Assembly (NCBI GenBank): GCA_963920595.1
Contig: OY986948.1
Coordinates: forward strand, 4,092,001 to 4,156,000
From: Eimeria praecox
Taxonomy: Eukaryota
Direction of reading: 5' to 3'
Length of the DNA: 64,000 nucleotides
In this document: piece after piece, positions 40,200 through 54,479 of the stretch
How positions within the stretch are numbered: the stretch's first letter is position 1
Layout of the letters: every line of letters starts with the position of its first letter
The notes under the pieces: model-generated
What the model was told of the DNA's origin: nothing
Databases searched by the model: none
The model's input: the letters and a program-made list of their open reading frames with translations, nothing else
Made by a program: the position numbers and the translations under genes

Positions 40200-41704
40200 A
40201 ACAGCCCTTCGTCTTCTTTTGCTTCTGGTAGAGCATGGGGACAGGTGCTGCCGCTCCATCGCAGAGTGTTGAAGTGTTTCAAGGGCACCACAATTGACCT
40301 TTAAAATTCGATGCATAGGACTTGAATTCTTCTTCACTTTCCCTTACAGTTGCACCTTGTCGCCTCTAGACAGCTGCAGCTTATCGAGACTTACAAAGCA
40401 TCAACGAACTACCTGTGACTTGAACGAATCCCTCACTTTCTGCTAAAGTTGGGCAGTATGCTGTTGCATAGCAAACGCTGCCTCCTTATATAATGGTTGG
40501 TTTCATATTTGTCTATAGGCACTATGTACCGAACTAAACCAAAGGGTGTGTTAAAGACCCATTTGGGCAGATCGCTCCACAGCCGCAGGGCGGTAGGCGG
40601 CTACTGCTTTCGCTGTGCAGGCGTTCGACCCCTCGTGTGGCTTGCCTCCTGTAATAGAGAGCCAACGGCTGTCTACTGAACTACAACAGGGCTTCTACCG
40701 AGCTGGTCCTCTACTTTGTTGCCCGGTTGCGGGGCAGTATCTAGCGTCTCAATCATCTCTGGCTTGAGGCATGTTAGAGCTGTTGCAGATTAGTACAAAT
40801 TAACGTAGTGAAACAGACTTTTTATTGAGCACGAAATGTTCTGGGACTAAAGAGGCACCTTGCTGGAATTCGACTGCACCAGTTCACTGGACAACGGATC
40901 ACCGCAGTCCTTGGCTCCGGGGGAATTCCCACACATTATATTCGCGTTTGCCCCCATTGTTTTCAGTAGAGTACGTGACCAAAAACCTCCTTAGTATTCG
41001 TAGAAGATGCAGCCTGTTTGCGCCATTTGCTCGGACCTCACCCCACAAGGTGTGGGAAGCGACAGTACGGTGTTGTGCCGGCGCTTATCATTACAAATGG
41101 TTCAATGTTCGCACATTTGGCTCAAAATAGTTTATAAAATATAAGCCCTTATTGCTATGCAAGGCTTTGCCGCTGATCATTACATTGAAAACAAGCCGTT
41201 TCAGTAGTAGTACAGAACATCTATACGCTGCGGTTGCCTGATGTGGTACAGCATTTGGGAGCAACGGACGCGTTACGGTAACTCCGCAAAGTTGTTGAGC
41301 TTTCATGAAACAAACCAGGTTATTTAATTTCGTCTTAGAATTATCGCTACTTTTGTTGGACGCGTTAATGCCTTGGTCATTAAGTTTTGCATATATAGGG
41401 CCTTCAGGCGAATGGTTCACTCCGGTCTTGGCGAGCAGGGCAGAAAGAGTGCACTCCTCTTCCTGCTTTTCATGGCTTTTCTTACTAGAAACAAAATATT
41501 TATTTTTTGAGTGTGAAAGTAGTAAACAGCGGTGTACAAAGGCTTTACGTGTGCCTTAATTGTGTAGCAACTGGCGGAAGATCATCGAGGCTTGACTGCC
41601 CGTCCATTTCATGGACCTTTGCTTCCTGCGATGTTCGGGGGTTAACTCCTTTTTTGTTTCCAGAATAAGGGGTTGAGGATAAAGTACACTGGAAATATGC
41701 AGAA

Positions 41705-44700
41705 ATGCAGATGATGCAATCACAGGCAATTCCCTATTTTGTTGGCGTTGCCTTCTTCTTGCTCACCTGCCAGTGTGTACCGTCAGTTTCGGGCTTTTCC
41801 CGAAATGGAGTGCCCAGCACATCCCAGGCGCCTCTGAATGACAGAGCTGCCTTCTCATCTCATATTGGTGATACCACCAATGAGCCCTTCGGCTCTGATC
41901 CTCTTCAGACCTCGACGCCGCCGCCTGAGGAGCTTCCGAAGGACGAGTTGTTGGGAGATAAAACCCCAAATGATTTAATCCCTCAAGATGCTGATGCAAA
42001 GCATGAATCAAGCCTCCAGTGGCGGCACACTGAGTTGCATCTTAACGGTAGGTCACCAACCCTTTCAGGAACGGCTAAAGGACCTGCCGAAGCTGCTTCT
42101 ACTGCGTCCTCAGCCTCTGTTACGTCTGCTGGAGCGGCATGGGATGTTTCCGCTGTTGGTTCTGAAGATCTCCACCTTCCATCACCTAGGCAGAGGACAC
42201 AGGAGATCAGCGCTCACAGATTTGATGCTGTTAAGGAAGCCAGCAGTGTGCAGAGGTCGCTGCTAGGTAACAAGGGAACGCCTGCAGGCCCAACCGGCAG
42301 CCCGTTTGTATGGACATGGAACCCGCTGAATGCAGGGACGGAACCAACGGAGGCAGAGAGCCTGGAGCACGAGGGAGTGCCTGAGGACTTTGTGGGGATC
42401 CCGATCCTCGATAAGGCTGCGGAACAGCAGACGGAGCAGGCAGAGGATGCTGCAACTGCAGCAGAAGCACCAGCAGGAGAGGACAGCAGTGCGCCCTCAT
42501 CTAGTAGCACGCCATCATCAGGTGAAGCAGTAGAGGAGAATCAAGGAGGGAGCAACCGAAGAAGAAGCAGCGGCGAATACCAAAGAAGGTTTGAAGAAAG
42601 AGTTGCAGAGAGCCGGTACGGCGCTCCTTCACACGACGAATCGCCTTCTGCTTCGTCTCAAGACAATGATCAAATAGAACCGGACCCAAACTTAGTGAGC
42701 AACTCCACGCTGCCGCAAGCGCCCGATGCCGTTCCTCTTGATGGACCGGTTTGGGAACCGGAGTCGGGATCGGTTGAACAGGGTTCCGCCACTGGAAGCA
42801 GTGATTACAGCAGCAGTACTGTCGGCAACCGCAGCAGCGACAGCAGTACCAGCAACAGCAGCAGCAGTACGACGTCGGAGGACTCTCTTTACACTCCTTT
42901 GGAGCCACTTATTTCTAGGAGGAGCCGGTGGAAACCGAGGGAAGCAGGGGAAGCAGGAGCAGATGAAGAAGCAGAAGAGTCCGTCGGGCTAAAAACAGAG
43001 TGTTTGCTTGAGGTGGAGGGTGTCCGTATCAACGCCTCTTACGTGAATTCCGCATGCACAGGGCCTATAAATGTTGCATACCAAAGAAAACAGGGAAAGT
43101 TCATGGAGCGGCAGTTGTTACTGAGTAACACAACTGATCAGCCCCTCACAGTTGTGATGAAGACGGTGAACGCCAAATTCAAAGCCTCCGCACCGGTGTA
43201 CGACACCTCCTACTATCGAGGCTTTTCGGGTCCCTTTTCCTTCCTGCAAGGCCAGGAGGGGAGCGACACAGACCCGGCAGCCGCTGCAGCTACGGAAGCG
43301 AAGACGGAAGATTACATCAGCTCTATGCTCAAACAAATGCGCAGACACCGACGAAAACACCCAACTAACCCCCGTAAGTGCACGCAGAGTGGGGCGACCT
43401 GCTGACACTTTTGGTGGGGTCGAGCGTGGGATCCTGGACCCTTTCAAACCCTAAATGCTCTGAACCATAAAGGCGAAGTCAGACTCCATGGGGACGGTAG
43501 CTGGGGGTGATTTAAACGAAGGCGCATTTAAGCGAGGAAGTTGGTGGAAACATAATAATGAACAGATGGATGCAGCAACAACGAACACTGCATGTAGACG
43601 TTGGAAGATCACGCAGATGGACATAAGCACTGAAGGGATAAAGGAAGGAGTTGAAAATAGCAATGTGAAGAGCCAAGGGATTTGGTGTTCTGAATGCGTG
43701 TTCTGTGTGCCTTGTTTTGGGTATCTGTTTGTTTGTTGCGCATGCATGGACGGGCGGGGTTGATGAATGAGCAGTTGACCTAGTTGTTTGCTTTACCAGC
43801 CCTCTAGACGGCAAAAGCGAGGAGAAGGGGGCAGAGACGGAGGGGGAGGCGGTCAGCTTCATGCAGACATCTGCTGGGGCAACGCGGATAAAGCAAACCT
43901 GCGAGGAGCTTCTTTCGGTGCTGGAGGAAAGGAAAGGCTTTTCCTGTGAAATTCTGGAGGCAGTCGACATCGTCATCTTGCAGTTCCCACCCAATGCAGG
44001 TACGCTGGCGAGCTGCTGCGCAAGAGTTAGTGCTCGAGTTGTAATGGTATAGGGGTTACTTAAGGCAATAAGGGTTCGACGGCAGGGCTACGCGTTTAGA
44101 TAGCTTCTTGCTTCTTGCATACATGCATGAAGACGCTGTAAGGGAGGAGGAGACCGTTGCAGGTAACACTGCTACACTTACGGATTGGAATACATGGGGC
44201 CCTAGTGATCCTTAATTTGGGCTGGGGGCTTTGATGGCTTTGCTTTCTTCAGATTTATCCGACACGGGAGAGGTGAAGAAGGTGTTGTCCAAGTTGTTAC
44301 TTCTTGAGGGAAAGAGTATTCTCTTTTTTGAACTTGCAAAGCCGGTGAGGCTGTGTTGGAGTTTAGGGTGTGCGGCACAGGGGCGGAGGAGTGTAGGCTT
44401 TTGGGGTTGGGGATCTGTTCGTTGTACAGACCCTGAGGGGAATACATTAGTTATGGCTTGTTCTAGGGTTTCTTCTGTACTTGCGTCTCGATACGGTGCC
44501 AGCCCGAGCGTTTAGGCTTTAGGATTTATAGTTCACAGTTTAAAATTTCTTGCAGGTTTTAAGGTTCTGATATTCTGGTAATGTGCAGACTTCACTTCAA
44601 ATGGTGCCAGTGGAAGAAGGGCTTCCCGAGCCACCCAGGAGACTGATGGAAAGTTGGGCCTTCGTGCAGGCCAAGGAAGCACTGAAAGAACAATGCTCAG

Positions 44701-47700
44701 CCGAGGCGACAGCCAGAACACGCCTCTTGTCAGGTATGTAGGGTTGAGGGCGTCGTGGTATTGTCAGGTTCAGGATTTAGACTTCAGCTCCACGGGTATG
44801 GCTGAGCCGAGGCAGCAGACAAACTCAGCTGTCTGCCAAGTAATTAAGGTGCAAGATATAGGGCGTAGACTAAAGGCTCAGGCTTGGGATGAAATGCCCA
44901 TCGGCGGTGTGTACCGTGGTCGGCCACTTTCTCCCTCCGTAGTTTGTGCGTCCTCCTCGTGTTCTGTTCCCTCTCTTGTCTGTAATTGTGAGATCCGTTG
45001 GCTGGTCTTCCGAATTTGCGTTTCGTGCCCTGCAGAAGAAGATGACTCTCCGGTGGCTGCCCACCTGCCTGAGGACCCCGATTTAGAGGAGCGCTTGTGG
45101 GGAATGTATAGCGCACACTGTACGCACGCCTGGTTGCATGGAGAGAAGGGCCACAGGGAAGTAGTGGTGAGCGTGGACAGCGCGCTTCACCATTCATTCT
45201 ACCCTACAGGCACCCCTAAATAGCTCTTTGGCCTTGCATCTCGGCTGGGCATTTGTGTATTTGTGATGGCTTGTCTTGCATTTTCTGTCGCATTATGCGT
45301 GCACTCGCTGACTCGGCTGTTACGTCGTTTGTATGTTTATTTGACTGCCCACGCTCTGGCATTTTTCTCTGTCTGTCTACCCCATCTGCACTAGTTGCTT
45401 CTTTCATAGGGTTTGTCCCATGGCGTGTTTGGTTAGCTGGCTTTGTCGGTCTTCGTTAGGCTAGCTGGCGAATCGCTACGGCCTCACTGTTGCTCGTGTT
45501 TGTGTACAGTTTGCAGGTTTCTGCAGTTGTGTATTTAATTTTGTTAGCTTGCTTTTTCAGGTGGCAGTGATAGACTCAGGCGTGGCGGATCATTACGACT
45601 TAAACGAGAATATTTGGCACAATCCTTTGGAGAAAATCGACGGACAGGATGACGACAGTAGGTGCTCGCCTAGGGCTATCTAATGTTGGGTTGTACCACG
45701 CAGTTTGTTGTTGCATTTTAATGCATGTAGTGAGATGCCTTCTCTCGTTTGTTGTTTGCTTCTGTTATTACTTGATTTCACCTGTGACAACAGAAGTATT
45801 CCCCTTCATTGCTGTCGCGTCTAACTACTGTTGCTGTTCATTGCTTATGGCTGCTTAGTGCTTAGCATTATAGAACATCATTATTGAATGGGGACAATTG
45901 TTGTACATGGGGCATTTCATCGTTTAAACCTCAGTATGAGTGCTCTCAACTCGCCCTAGTACTGTTCTCGTTGTTTCCTGTGGCGTTATCACTACACGTA
46001 CTATGGTTGCTCGCGTTTCCAGAATGTTCACTTACTGTTGAATGAATACTTCCTGCCGGTCCTACAAAAAATTCCCAGATTTGATTCTCCGGTTGTATGG
46101 CGGTGCACTGCAGATAATGGCTTCGTAGACGACACAGAGGGGTGGAACTTTGCAAATGACACGAATGCTGTCGTCGACGGAAACGGGCACGGCACCCATG
46201 TGGCAGGTAAGTATTGCATACACCTTACCATTAGATACGGGTTGACAGAGCTGGGCAACCAGAAAGGCCTTGGGCCTACATTCATCATTACTGCTGCACT
46301 GACGCGCCGGCTGTTAAGCAGCGGGCCAGATGGGCACATGCCTCTGGGTTGCGCGTCACCTATATCGCATGCAGGCTATCTAAGGGCTGTGCATGATGTG
46401 GCATTATACATATTCATATACTTAGGTGCATTGTATGCTCAAGCATAGATCTGGCGGTGTAGCACGTATATTGTGTTCACAAATCGGTTGTGTGAGTACA
46501 CTAGTTCCCACAGGTCAGTCGACCATGAATCTAATTTACAGGGGCAGATATTCTGCATCTGTCAGTTCAAATCTGTATCCTGTATCTTCATTGCCTGCTT
46601 GGAGCTTTGGCTTTAGCTGCGGCATAGGGGTTCAGGCTCTGCATGCCGCTTTGTAGCAATCTGTTAAGGTTTAAGGTCATAGTGGAGGTTTGATGGGCTT
46701 AAAGTTTGGTGTTATTTCTGTGCTATTTGATAAATATCCGGTTATACTAATCTACGCATGCGATTGACCGCTACGTACACTTGCGTCAGTTGGCAGCTAT
46801 GCACCTGCATGTGCTGAATTGTTCAACTGCAGGGGAACGCATTTACTCATATTTGTATATTTGCATTGTATGCGCAGTTCTGTAGGCGTATGTGCTGTAT
46901 ACAGGCACAATAGGAGGCGTGGCTAACGGCAGAGACGTCGTCGGTTGCGCACCGCACGTCTCCCTCATGAAAATACAACAGTTTGGCCCCAGCGGGACGG
47001 TCAGCATATATTCAGACATGTTGACAGACAACTGCTGAACTGCCGCTGCTGGTGCTGCATCTGCTGCTGCAATTTTGTGTGGATGGTATATACAGCTTTT
47101 CCTGTGGTCCAGGAGTGCCTATTCCTATGCGTTACGGCGCCTGGAGGGTTTCCGATGCCTCATTCAGGAATTAGCACGCACGCACGCCGAAGGATTTAGG
47201 GGTCCAGGGCTCAGTGTTTCTGATATTTGTTACAGGGTTCAATAGGGGACGCTGTGCGGGGCTTGGCATACGCGATGCGGGAGGGAGTGTCAGTGATAAA
47301 CAACAGTTGGGGTGCAACGGAAACCACAGCGTCGTTGCAGCTGTTGATGGAGCGGTCTCAGTACATGCGGGGAGGGTTAGGTATCCTTATTGTTAATGCT
47401 GCTGGGAATAGTAGCAGCAACAATGATCTTCAGCCTTTTTACCCTGCTGGCTTCGATTACAAGAATACCATTTCGTGAGACGAAGGCAGGAATGCGTTGA
47501 CGGATGTTGTGTTAGGTGAACTTCGTTTCGTCTCATTGAGTTCGTCCATATGTAGTCCTTTTTAAATATCTTCTAATAATAGTACAGATCCTGTGAAAAG
47601 ATCTGTATCTGTCCAAACGTTTCGTCGGCATCGCATGCCCTGCTCCATTTACTGTTGCGGATGATGGATCCTTACAACACTCAGCAACCCTGCTTGTTAT

Positions 47701-50700
47701 TAGTATTTCGGCCACGCGCGTACCTGTATTCATTTTTTATATCTCTTCGTGCTTTCCTTTTGCTTGCCTTAGTGCACGTTCCTCCGTTCTGTTTTTGCCT
47801 CTGTTCTTATTTCCGTCCTGCTTTTCGCGTAGTGCGCCGTTGTCCCGGCAGCATATGGCACAGCACAACATGGCCAGGGCATCACTACCTTAGAATACCT
47901 CTCGTTTTATTCGTCTCTAGGTCTTGCTTGCCCCGTCCGCTTGTTCCTTTTTTCCCTCTTTAGATTACCTATCGGGACGACTGTGCTGGTTTTGTGGTCC
48001 ACTAAAGGTGTTTTGCAGTAGAATCTATCCGTATTTACCCCTTAACGCATTTCGTTGCCTTTGCATTGTTTCCCATTCCGTTCTCTCTCTTCATTTTCAG
48101 CGTGGGTGCTCACGATGCTGAGGGAAACTTGGCCTCGTTCAGCAACTTCGGCAAGGGCAGCGTCTCCTTATTAGCCCCTGGAGAGAGAATTTATTCAACC
48201 TACCTCAATAAGGGCTTTACTTTCCTCTCAGGAACCTCCATGGCAACTCCACACGTTTCCGGTATGGGTTGGGAATTTGGGGTTTGGGGGCCTACGGGCT
48301 TCTGGGCAGCGACGTTACGGGACGACTATGCAGGTTTTGTGGTCCACTAAAGGTCTTTGCAGTAGAATCTATCCGTATTTACCCCTTAACGCATTTCGTT
48401 GCTTTTGCATTGTTTCCCATTCAGTTCTTTCTCTTCATTTTCAGCGTGGGTGTTTAGCGTTTAGTATTTCGTGGCTCGGAGGCTTCCCTAGATGCTGAGC
48501 ACTGGGCTTCAATGTGTATACAGCGAGGCAGCGTGGAATTTAATGATTCGAGTTGGCAATCCAGGCACAGAATGTATAAGTTTTGAGACAAAGGCTTTAC
48601 GTTGTTGGAATCGAGCGTATTCAAATTTGTGGCATTTGCGCATGCCTAAGTAATAGTGAAGTACACTTCTGGAATGAGGCGCCTCTACTTTGTCGTGTTG
48701 CTTGTATTTAATTTTACGATGACCACTCAGCGGAGTGTGCGTACACTTCCCGATCCTTTGCCCTCTCGTCTCAGAAAGGCAGCCTTAGCTGAGCGGAGTG
48801 CTCGTTTCCTCCGATGCTTTATTTAATCGGTGCAGCAGTGTTGACTGCGCCGACTTGGCTGGGTGTGTGTATGTGCTGATTATCTGTTCTTGAAATGCTT
48901 TGCACATTTACAGCTGCGCTTGTACTGTTGCTGCCGATGGATTTGTTACGACCTTCACTGTGTCTTGTTGTCGATGCGCCCAGGTGTAGCAGCACTGGTA
49001 TTTGGGGTGTTCAAAAAGGCCAACTCGGACGTCACCGCAGCAGAGGTCAAAGACATAATCAAGGCCTCAGTCCAGCCCCTTGAATCGGCAAAAGAGACCA
49101 CGCAGTGGGGCGGTGCTGTCGATGCTGCAGCCGCCGTCCTGGTAAATTGCTCCGTTCATCCATGCATGAACTCTTCAGTGTGGCAGCAGGCTTGCATATC
49201 AGTGCCCAAGCACATGCCTGTGCATGCATTGTATATAAGTATACTTACGCACTTCCTAGAAGTTATGATATACTTGTACGCATGCAAATAAGTAATAGTA
49301 GTGACAGACCTACATACTAACTGTATACCGTTTCACTGCCTCGTCTTGCTTCCAGTATCGCTCTTGCTAGCCTTTCTGGACCCTGAACTCCTATTGCGAG
49401 GTCACAAAACATGCAAAAATCCGAAGTCCGTGCATGGTACAAAACTGCGAATACAGGATTGTACCTTCGACATTTCTGTAGCCTCTAGTAACACCGAGGT
49501 TTGGCAGAGGGCCTTCAAATTGTAATGATTCGCGCATGCATCAAAAAAGTTTAATGTTTGAGAGGCTGTTCTGCTGCCTGTGCTGCATCTGTTGCTGCTC
49601 CCGATTCCGGTGATGCTGTGGCTTATGGCTTTGCTATCTGCTGTGTTTCTCTTGCTGTTGCTGTGTAGATGGCAAGGATGGGGGGCATGTGGATGCAGAT
49701 GAAGTGTACGGATATGATTGTTGATTTGGAACCGAAGGAGGAATATGCCTCGACTTTATATTTGCGGGGTTATGCCCAAGGCATCTACAGGTAGCGTATT
49801 TGTTGCTGTGCATAATGATTTTTCTAGTTTGTCTCCTCCCTCCTTTTTGGCTACCCGTATATGCCGAAAATTGTGTTGCTGACTTGCTCCCATAGTGTGT
49901 ATTGTCCTCATGTAGTCATCCCTGTGCACACTTGCCAAGACGTCCGTTCATTTATTTAACTGCATTTTGGTGTGTGGCGACTAAACTAAGTCTGTCAGCT
50001 CGAACTGCCTTGCATGCACCTTATTTAGTCCCTGGTACCTCAGGTGAATGTACACGCTATACGAATTCGTCACACGTATTCTGTGCGTAAACTGAGTGAA
50101 TATGATTAACTGAGCGACACAAAGCATGGACCTACCCCAAGCGTGCCTTTTAACAGTCCAACACAATCCACTTCTTTCAGGGGAAATTACTTCCAAACGT
50201 GCACATTGTAGATCTGTACATCAAGCGTAAAGCACTGTAGACAACGTTGTTTAGGTGCTGCATATATATATATATATGTTTATAGAATATACATATAATT
50301 CAGGTATATATATTTGCCACCTCTCCGGACGGGAAATGCTGACTATTCCGTAAATGAGGCACTGTGCTGTTACATCGACGCATCCACGCGTATGTATGTC
50401 ATAGTCATTCTCTCAGCGGCTTCCATCTTTCATGCGTACAGCACTGACATAAAGGTTGAGGTATACGACAAGGAGGGGCGCCTTATGGGATCTGCTGTGA
50501 TCCCTATCACGTTGAACAGCAGCACAACACCAGAGACAAACAAGCCAACTGACGCTGAGGCAGCAAGCGCCTTCAGCAGCTACGCGAAGGAGAGAAACCA
50601 TCAAACCCCTCTCTGCGCTGTTCAGCTCAACTACACGGGCAGCCTCGAGGGTAAGTTCTCGCCTCCGGTTTTAGCGTGTGTTGGTCTTGACTGGTTTCTT

Positions 50701-52554
50701 TTTCGCTTGCCCTGTTTTTTTGTATCGCCAGAGTTTTTTATTGGTGGCGCTATACTTCAATCCCTTGTCGCCCTTTGACGGTTCGTCGTTTTTTTGTGGC
50801 AATTCAATAACAACAGCTGAAGATGAACAATGGAGTCTCTTCTACATTTTTGACTTGATCGGCTCATCGAATTGTCACTGGGCTGTTGCATTCATTTAGC
50901 CCCAATTTTATCAGTTTATGCTCAGCTGGAAAATGCGTTTTCGTCTACGTTCTGTGTGTTTTGTGTGTTTGCATGTCTTTCTTCTTGCACTGTGTGTTTG
51001 CCTTCGCTCGTTTTTATGAGTAGTGGTGTAGCCACCCAGACAGAAGAGCATGAGCTTGTCTTCTTCGTTTGGCATACAAGTACACCAAACAACAAAATCA
51101 TGCAGAGCAATACTGAAACATGCACACATCGATAGTACATGTGATATTAGGTATAGTGTCCATGTGCTCAAACAGTTTTGACCTGGTCGTTGGCTTCCGA
51201 TGGTTTATTCGTCCATCTGCGTTGAGTATTTGAATTTGCCCCACATGCTAGTGGAAGGAGGGCTGCATTTCCCTCTGTAATCCTCTCTCTGTTTATGCAC
51301 GTATGTCTTCGTTTGTTTCTAACTTGTACGCTGCTTGTTTATTTGTGGTGCAGATGGCGGATGGACTGAACTACAAATCGCTGCAGTCTCCCTCGGCTGC
51401 ATCGCAGGTGCTTTGTTGTTAGCTGTAGGCGGATACCTCATTTATACGCAAATGTAAGCTCATAAGACATGCCAAGGAAATGCTAGAAAGTGAAACGCAT
51501 CTAATGGGAATAAGCGCGGCAGGTTTTGAACCTGCACCAGTGAAAAGGACTTTACACAGAACATCTCACAATGCTGGTTGGCAGTTGTCGTCCCCGACAG
51601 TTTACAGTTGAAAAATTCACGTTTTGTGTTTGCAGCCTTGGTCGTATGCATCTGCATGCCAGGCCTTCGGCCTTCTTGCATTGCCACCTTTTGTGTTCCG
51701 TTGGCGCGTCATTGTTTATTTCCGCTGCCTGTTGGTTTTGGCGTTGTCTGTTAAACCCTTTACGGGCTATGATATTTGAATATGCTGAGCTTGCGTGGCG
51801 TTCCTTTTTAACTCCTATTCGCCCTCCTGTTGCTGGAGTTGCTTGCCTGTGTTTGGTTCGCCGCTGTGCACTGAAAATGTGCTAATTGCCTCATTGTTGT
51901 ACGTTAGAAATTTGGCTTATGTTTTAGAATTGTATATGCGCTGGCACCTAATAATTACCATATTCGTTGAAACGATTCCTCATTTGCTGCAGCATCATAC
52001 TCGACACATTTGCGGAATAACAGTGCAATCATCGCTGCGCGTGTACCACTAAATCTGTATATCTTGTTGCATTTACACATTAATCTGGATATGCGCATAT
52101 ATTGTATGTATGCACATATATGTGTGAGCGCAATATATGCATTACAAGGATGCACGCCAAGCACTGCAAAATAATTGGGCAAATTTTGATAATAAGCCCT
52201 CTAAGCGCTCCATTATGCCCTTTCACTTACTGATACGGCTGTTCGCTGTGAAAAACGCTTCACCTGTGCATCTGTTGTTGCACTTGCAGCTACAACGCGT
52301 ATTGGTTGTTGTTTATATGGTTTTACAGTGTATATAGTTTTACAGCTCTTGCTAGATCATACTGTGCTTATTCGTTTGCTGTGAGGCCATACCTTCGCCT
52401 GCTAATTTACATTCGCAGTACAGTCATATTGAACTGGTTCACTTGTTTTGCGTGCTGCAGCAAACGCTCGAGAGCAAGCAGCCGAACAAGTAAATCCCAG
52501 AGAAGAGGGAATGCAGAAGAAAAAAGGATTTCAGTCAGAGAGGGTTGGCAATGA
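41705..52554 (+). CDS. Subtilisin-like serine protease with signal peptide, long prodomain and C-terminal transmembrane helix (SUB2-like)
   Basis: Signal peptide in exon 41705-43373. Catalytic Asp VAVIDSG (45561-45657), His GHGTHVAG (46114-46206), oxyanion NAAGN (~47395), Ser SGTSMATPHV (48101-48261). TM IAAVSLGCIAGALLLAVGGYLIY (~51377-51445). The gene ends at 51457, or at 52554 if spliced. Confidence 0.93.
47973..48452 (+). repeat. ~135-bp direct repeat (47973-48108 and 48318-48452) flanking the catalytic-Ser exon
   Basis: Near-identical copies cgggacgact...cattttcagcgtgggtg. Confidence 0.95.
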
Positions 52555-53591
52555 GCCAGCCGACAACGAACAAGCAATCAAAGTAAACAGAAAGCAAGGA
52601 GCAAGCAGTGAAGGAAAAGACCAATAGTATTGATGCTGCAGTTGAGTAATAGGAACTAACAAGCGCAAGTAATAATGCAAGCATGCATGCAGAAAGAAAT
52701 GCTGCACGACCCACAAATTGTAGAAGAGTTTCACAAACGAAGGATATCGGAAAATAACACCGGTAGTAGTAATAGTAGTAGTGGTAGTCTGCAGGAAATA
52801 ACAGCAAATTGTTTAGAAAGCAACAGACAGGTAAACAAAAGAAATACAAAATGCGGAGGAACGCGGAGTAGAGTATGAAGCTTGGTTTTGTTTAATGCTT
52901 TTGGCACAGTGTTGGCGACAAATGCATTTTGTTCAGTCTAAATCTTTTTAAATAACTATTTCACACGCCATTTTCTTTAGTTCAACCCTTCTCAAACTCT
53001 TTCATTTGTTTTCTTCTCTTATATTTCTGCTCGCTTCCGTGGCCTTCGGGTTTTGTACATTGCATCACAAAGGAGGGCTGAAGGGCACGGCATTTTAATT
53101 GCGGAGAAACAAATGGATTAATTTATCTGCAATTCTGTATTCCGTTGGCTGCTGAAGAAGCTGGGAGAATACAGTTGATGCTCATCATCTAATTTTTGGT
53201 TTAGCTTCACCAGGTGCTTGGACTTTTCGTAGTTCACATACAAAGATACACGCAAGAAACATATCTGCGCGTAAATTCGCAAATGTTTCCTACTGAAGTG
53301 AAAACCAGGCGCCTTCAAAAAGGCACCTACATGTGGAATTAACAGTGGTATGCAGAAGCACATATTGTACTTGCATGCACGCCTAAGTATAGGCTGGTAA
53401 GCAAAATGATGTAGTGCATATAGCTATATTGCTCGTTTGCAAGGGACAGCTTAGAACAGTTGAATACAGGCACAGAAGGCTCTGTTTTCAAACTGCAGCG
53501 TAGGCGGAGCTGCGTACCTCTATGCGGGTGTATGCAAGCTCAGCCGTGACATTAATGCATGATACCTCAGTTGAAGCGTATAGGCGGGTGT

Positions 53592-53596
<5 letters not shown>

Positions 53597-53667
<71 letters not shown>
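53597..53667. repeat. (TA)n microsatellite
   Basis: Directly visible. Confidence 0.97.
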
Positions 53668-53670
<3 letters not shown>

Positions 53671-54479
53671 GGGATAGGCACGAATACGTGGTTAGAACGG
53701 GTACGGGGAAGCTGCCGTTTAATGGAAGGCGCTTGCTTTTCTGTGTGTACAAATGCGTATCTATGCAAGTATATATTTTGTCTACAGTTAGTTAGTTAGC
53801 GTATTTCTCGTTAGATTTAAGCACAGTGAACACAGAGGGAAATAGCAGTATTACATCTGTGCAACGTAAATGGGAAACAAAATAAAAATGAAAGCTCACA
53901 CTGTGTTCTTTCTTTGTTTAGCATTCCTATTCACTTGCGCTGTGTTACCTTCATGTGACGTTGTGCGTTGTGACGACCCCAAACCGACGGCATCATGACA
54001 GCCAACAATAGCGATCTCTCTCTGCTCATCCTCTCTTTTCTCCCGGTTTCCTCGTTCCGCTTAAATCTAATGTCTGCCTTGTCGCAAAACAAGAGGCAAC
54101 GTGAGCGATGCAATAAGGCTTCACGCCTGAAGACAAATATGAATTGCTCTGAGCAATAGCCTCAATAGTAGAGATGATACGTCTACGCTGTAGATGCCGC
54201 GAGAACAGATAGATCAGTTGGGAACTTCGAACACACTTGCTAGAGAGAAAGCTTCATATGCTATGCTGAGCCCCTGTGGTTCCTGCTGTTAGGGGATGCT
54301 GTTTTTCTGTTACTTTGGTATTAGACCTGTAATATCTGCCTGCGGGCTCATTTAGGTTCTGTTATTGCTCGTCTTCTTCTGCATTTCTTTCGGATGATGC
54401 GAGTACTTCAACATATACTTTCTTGCTGACATCTTGATGTTGATGCAGCAATTTCGATTTCCTCCTCCCCCCCTCTCCT

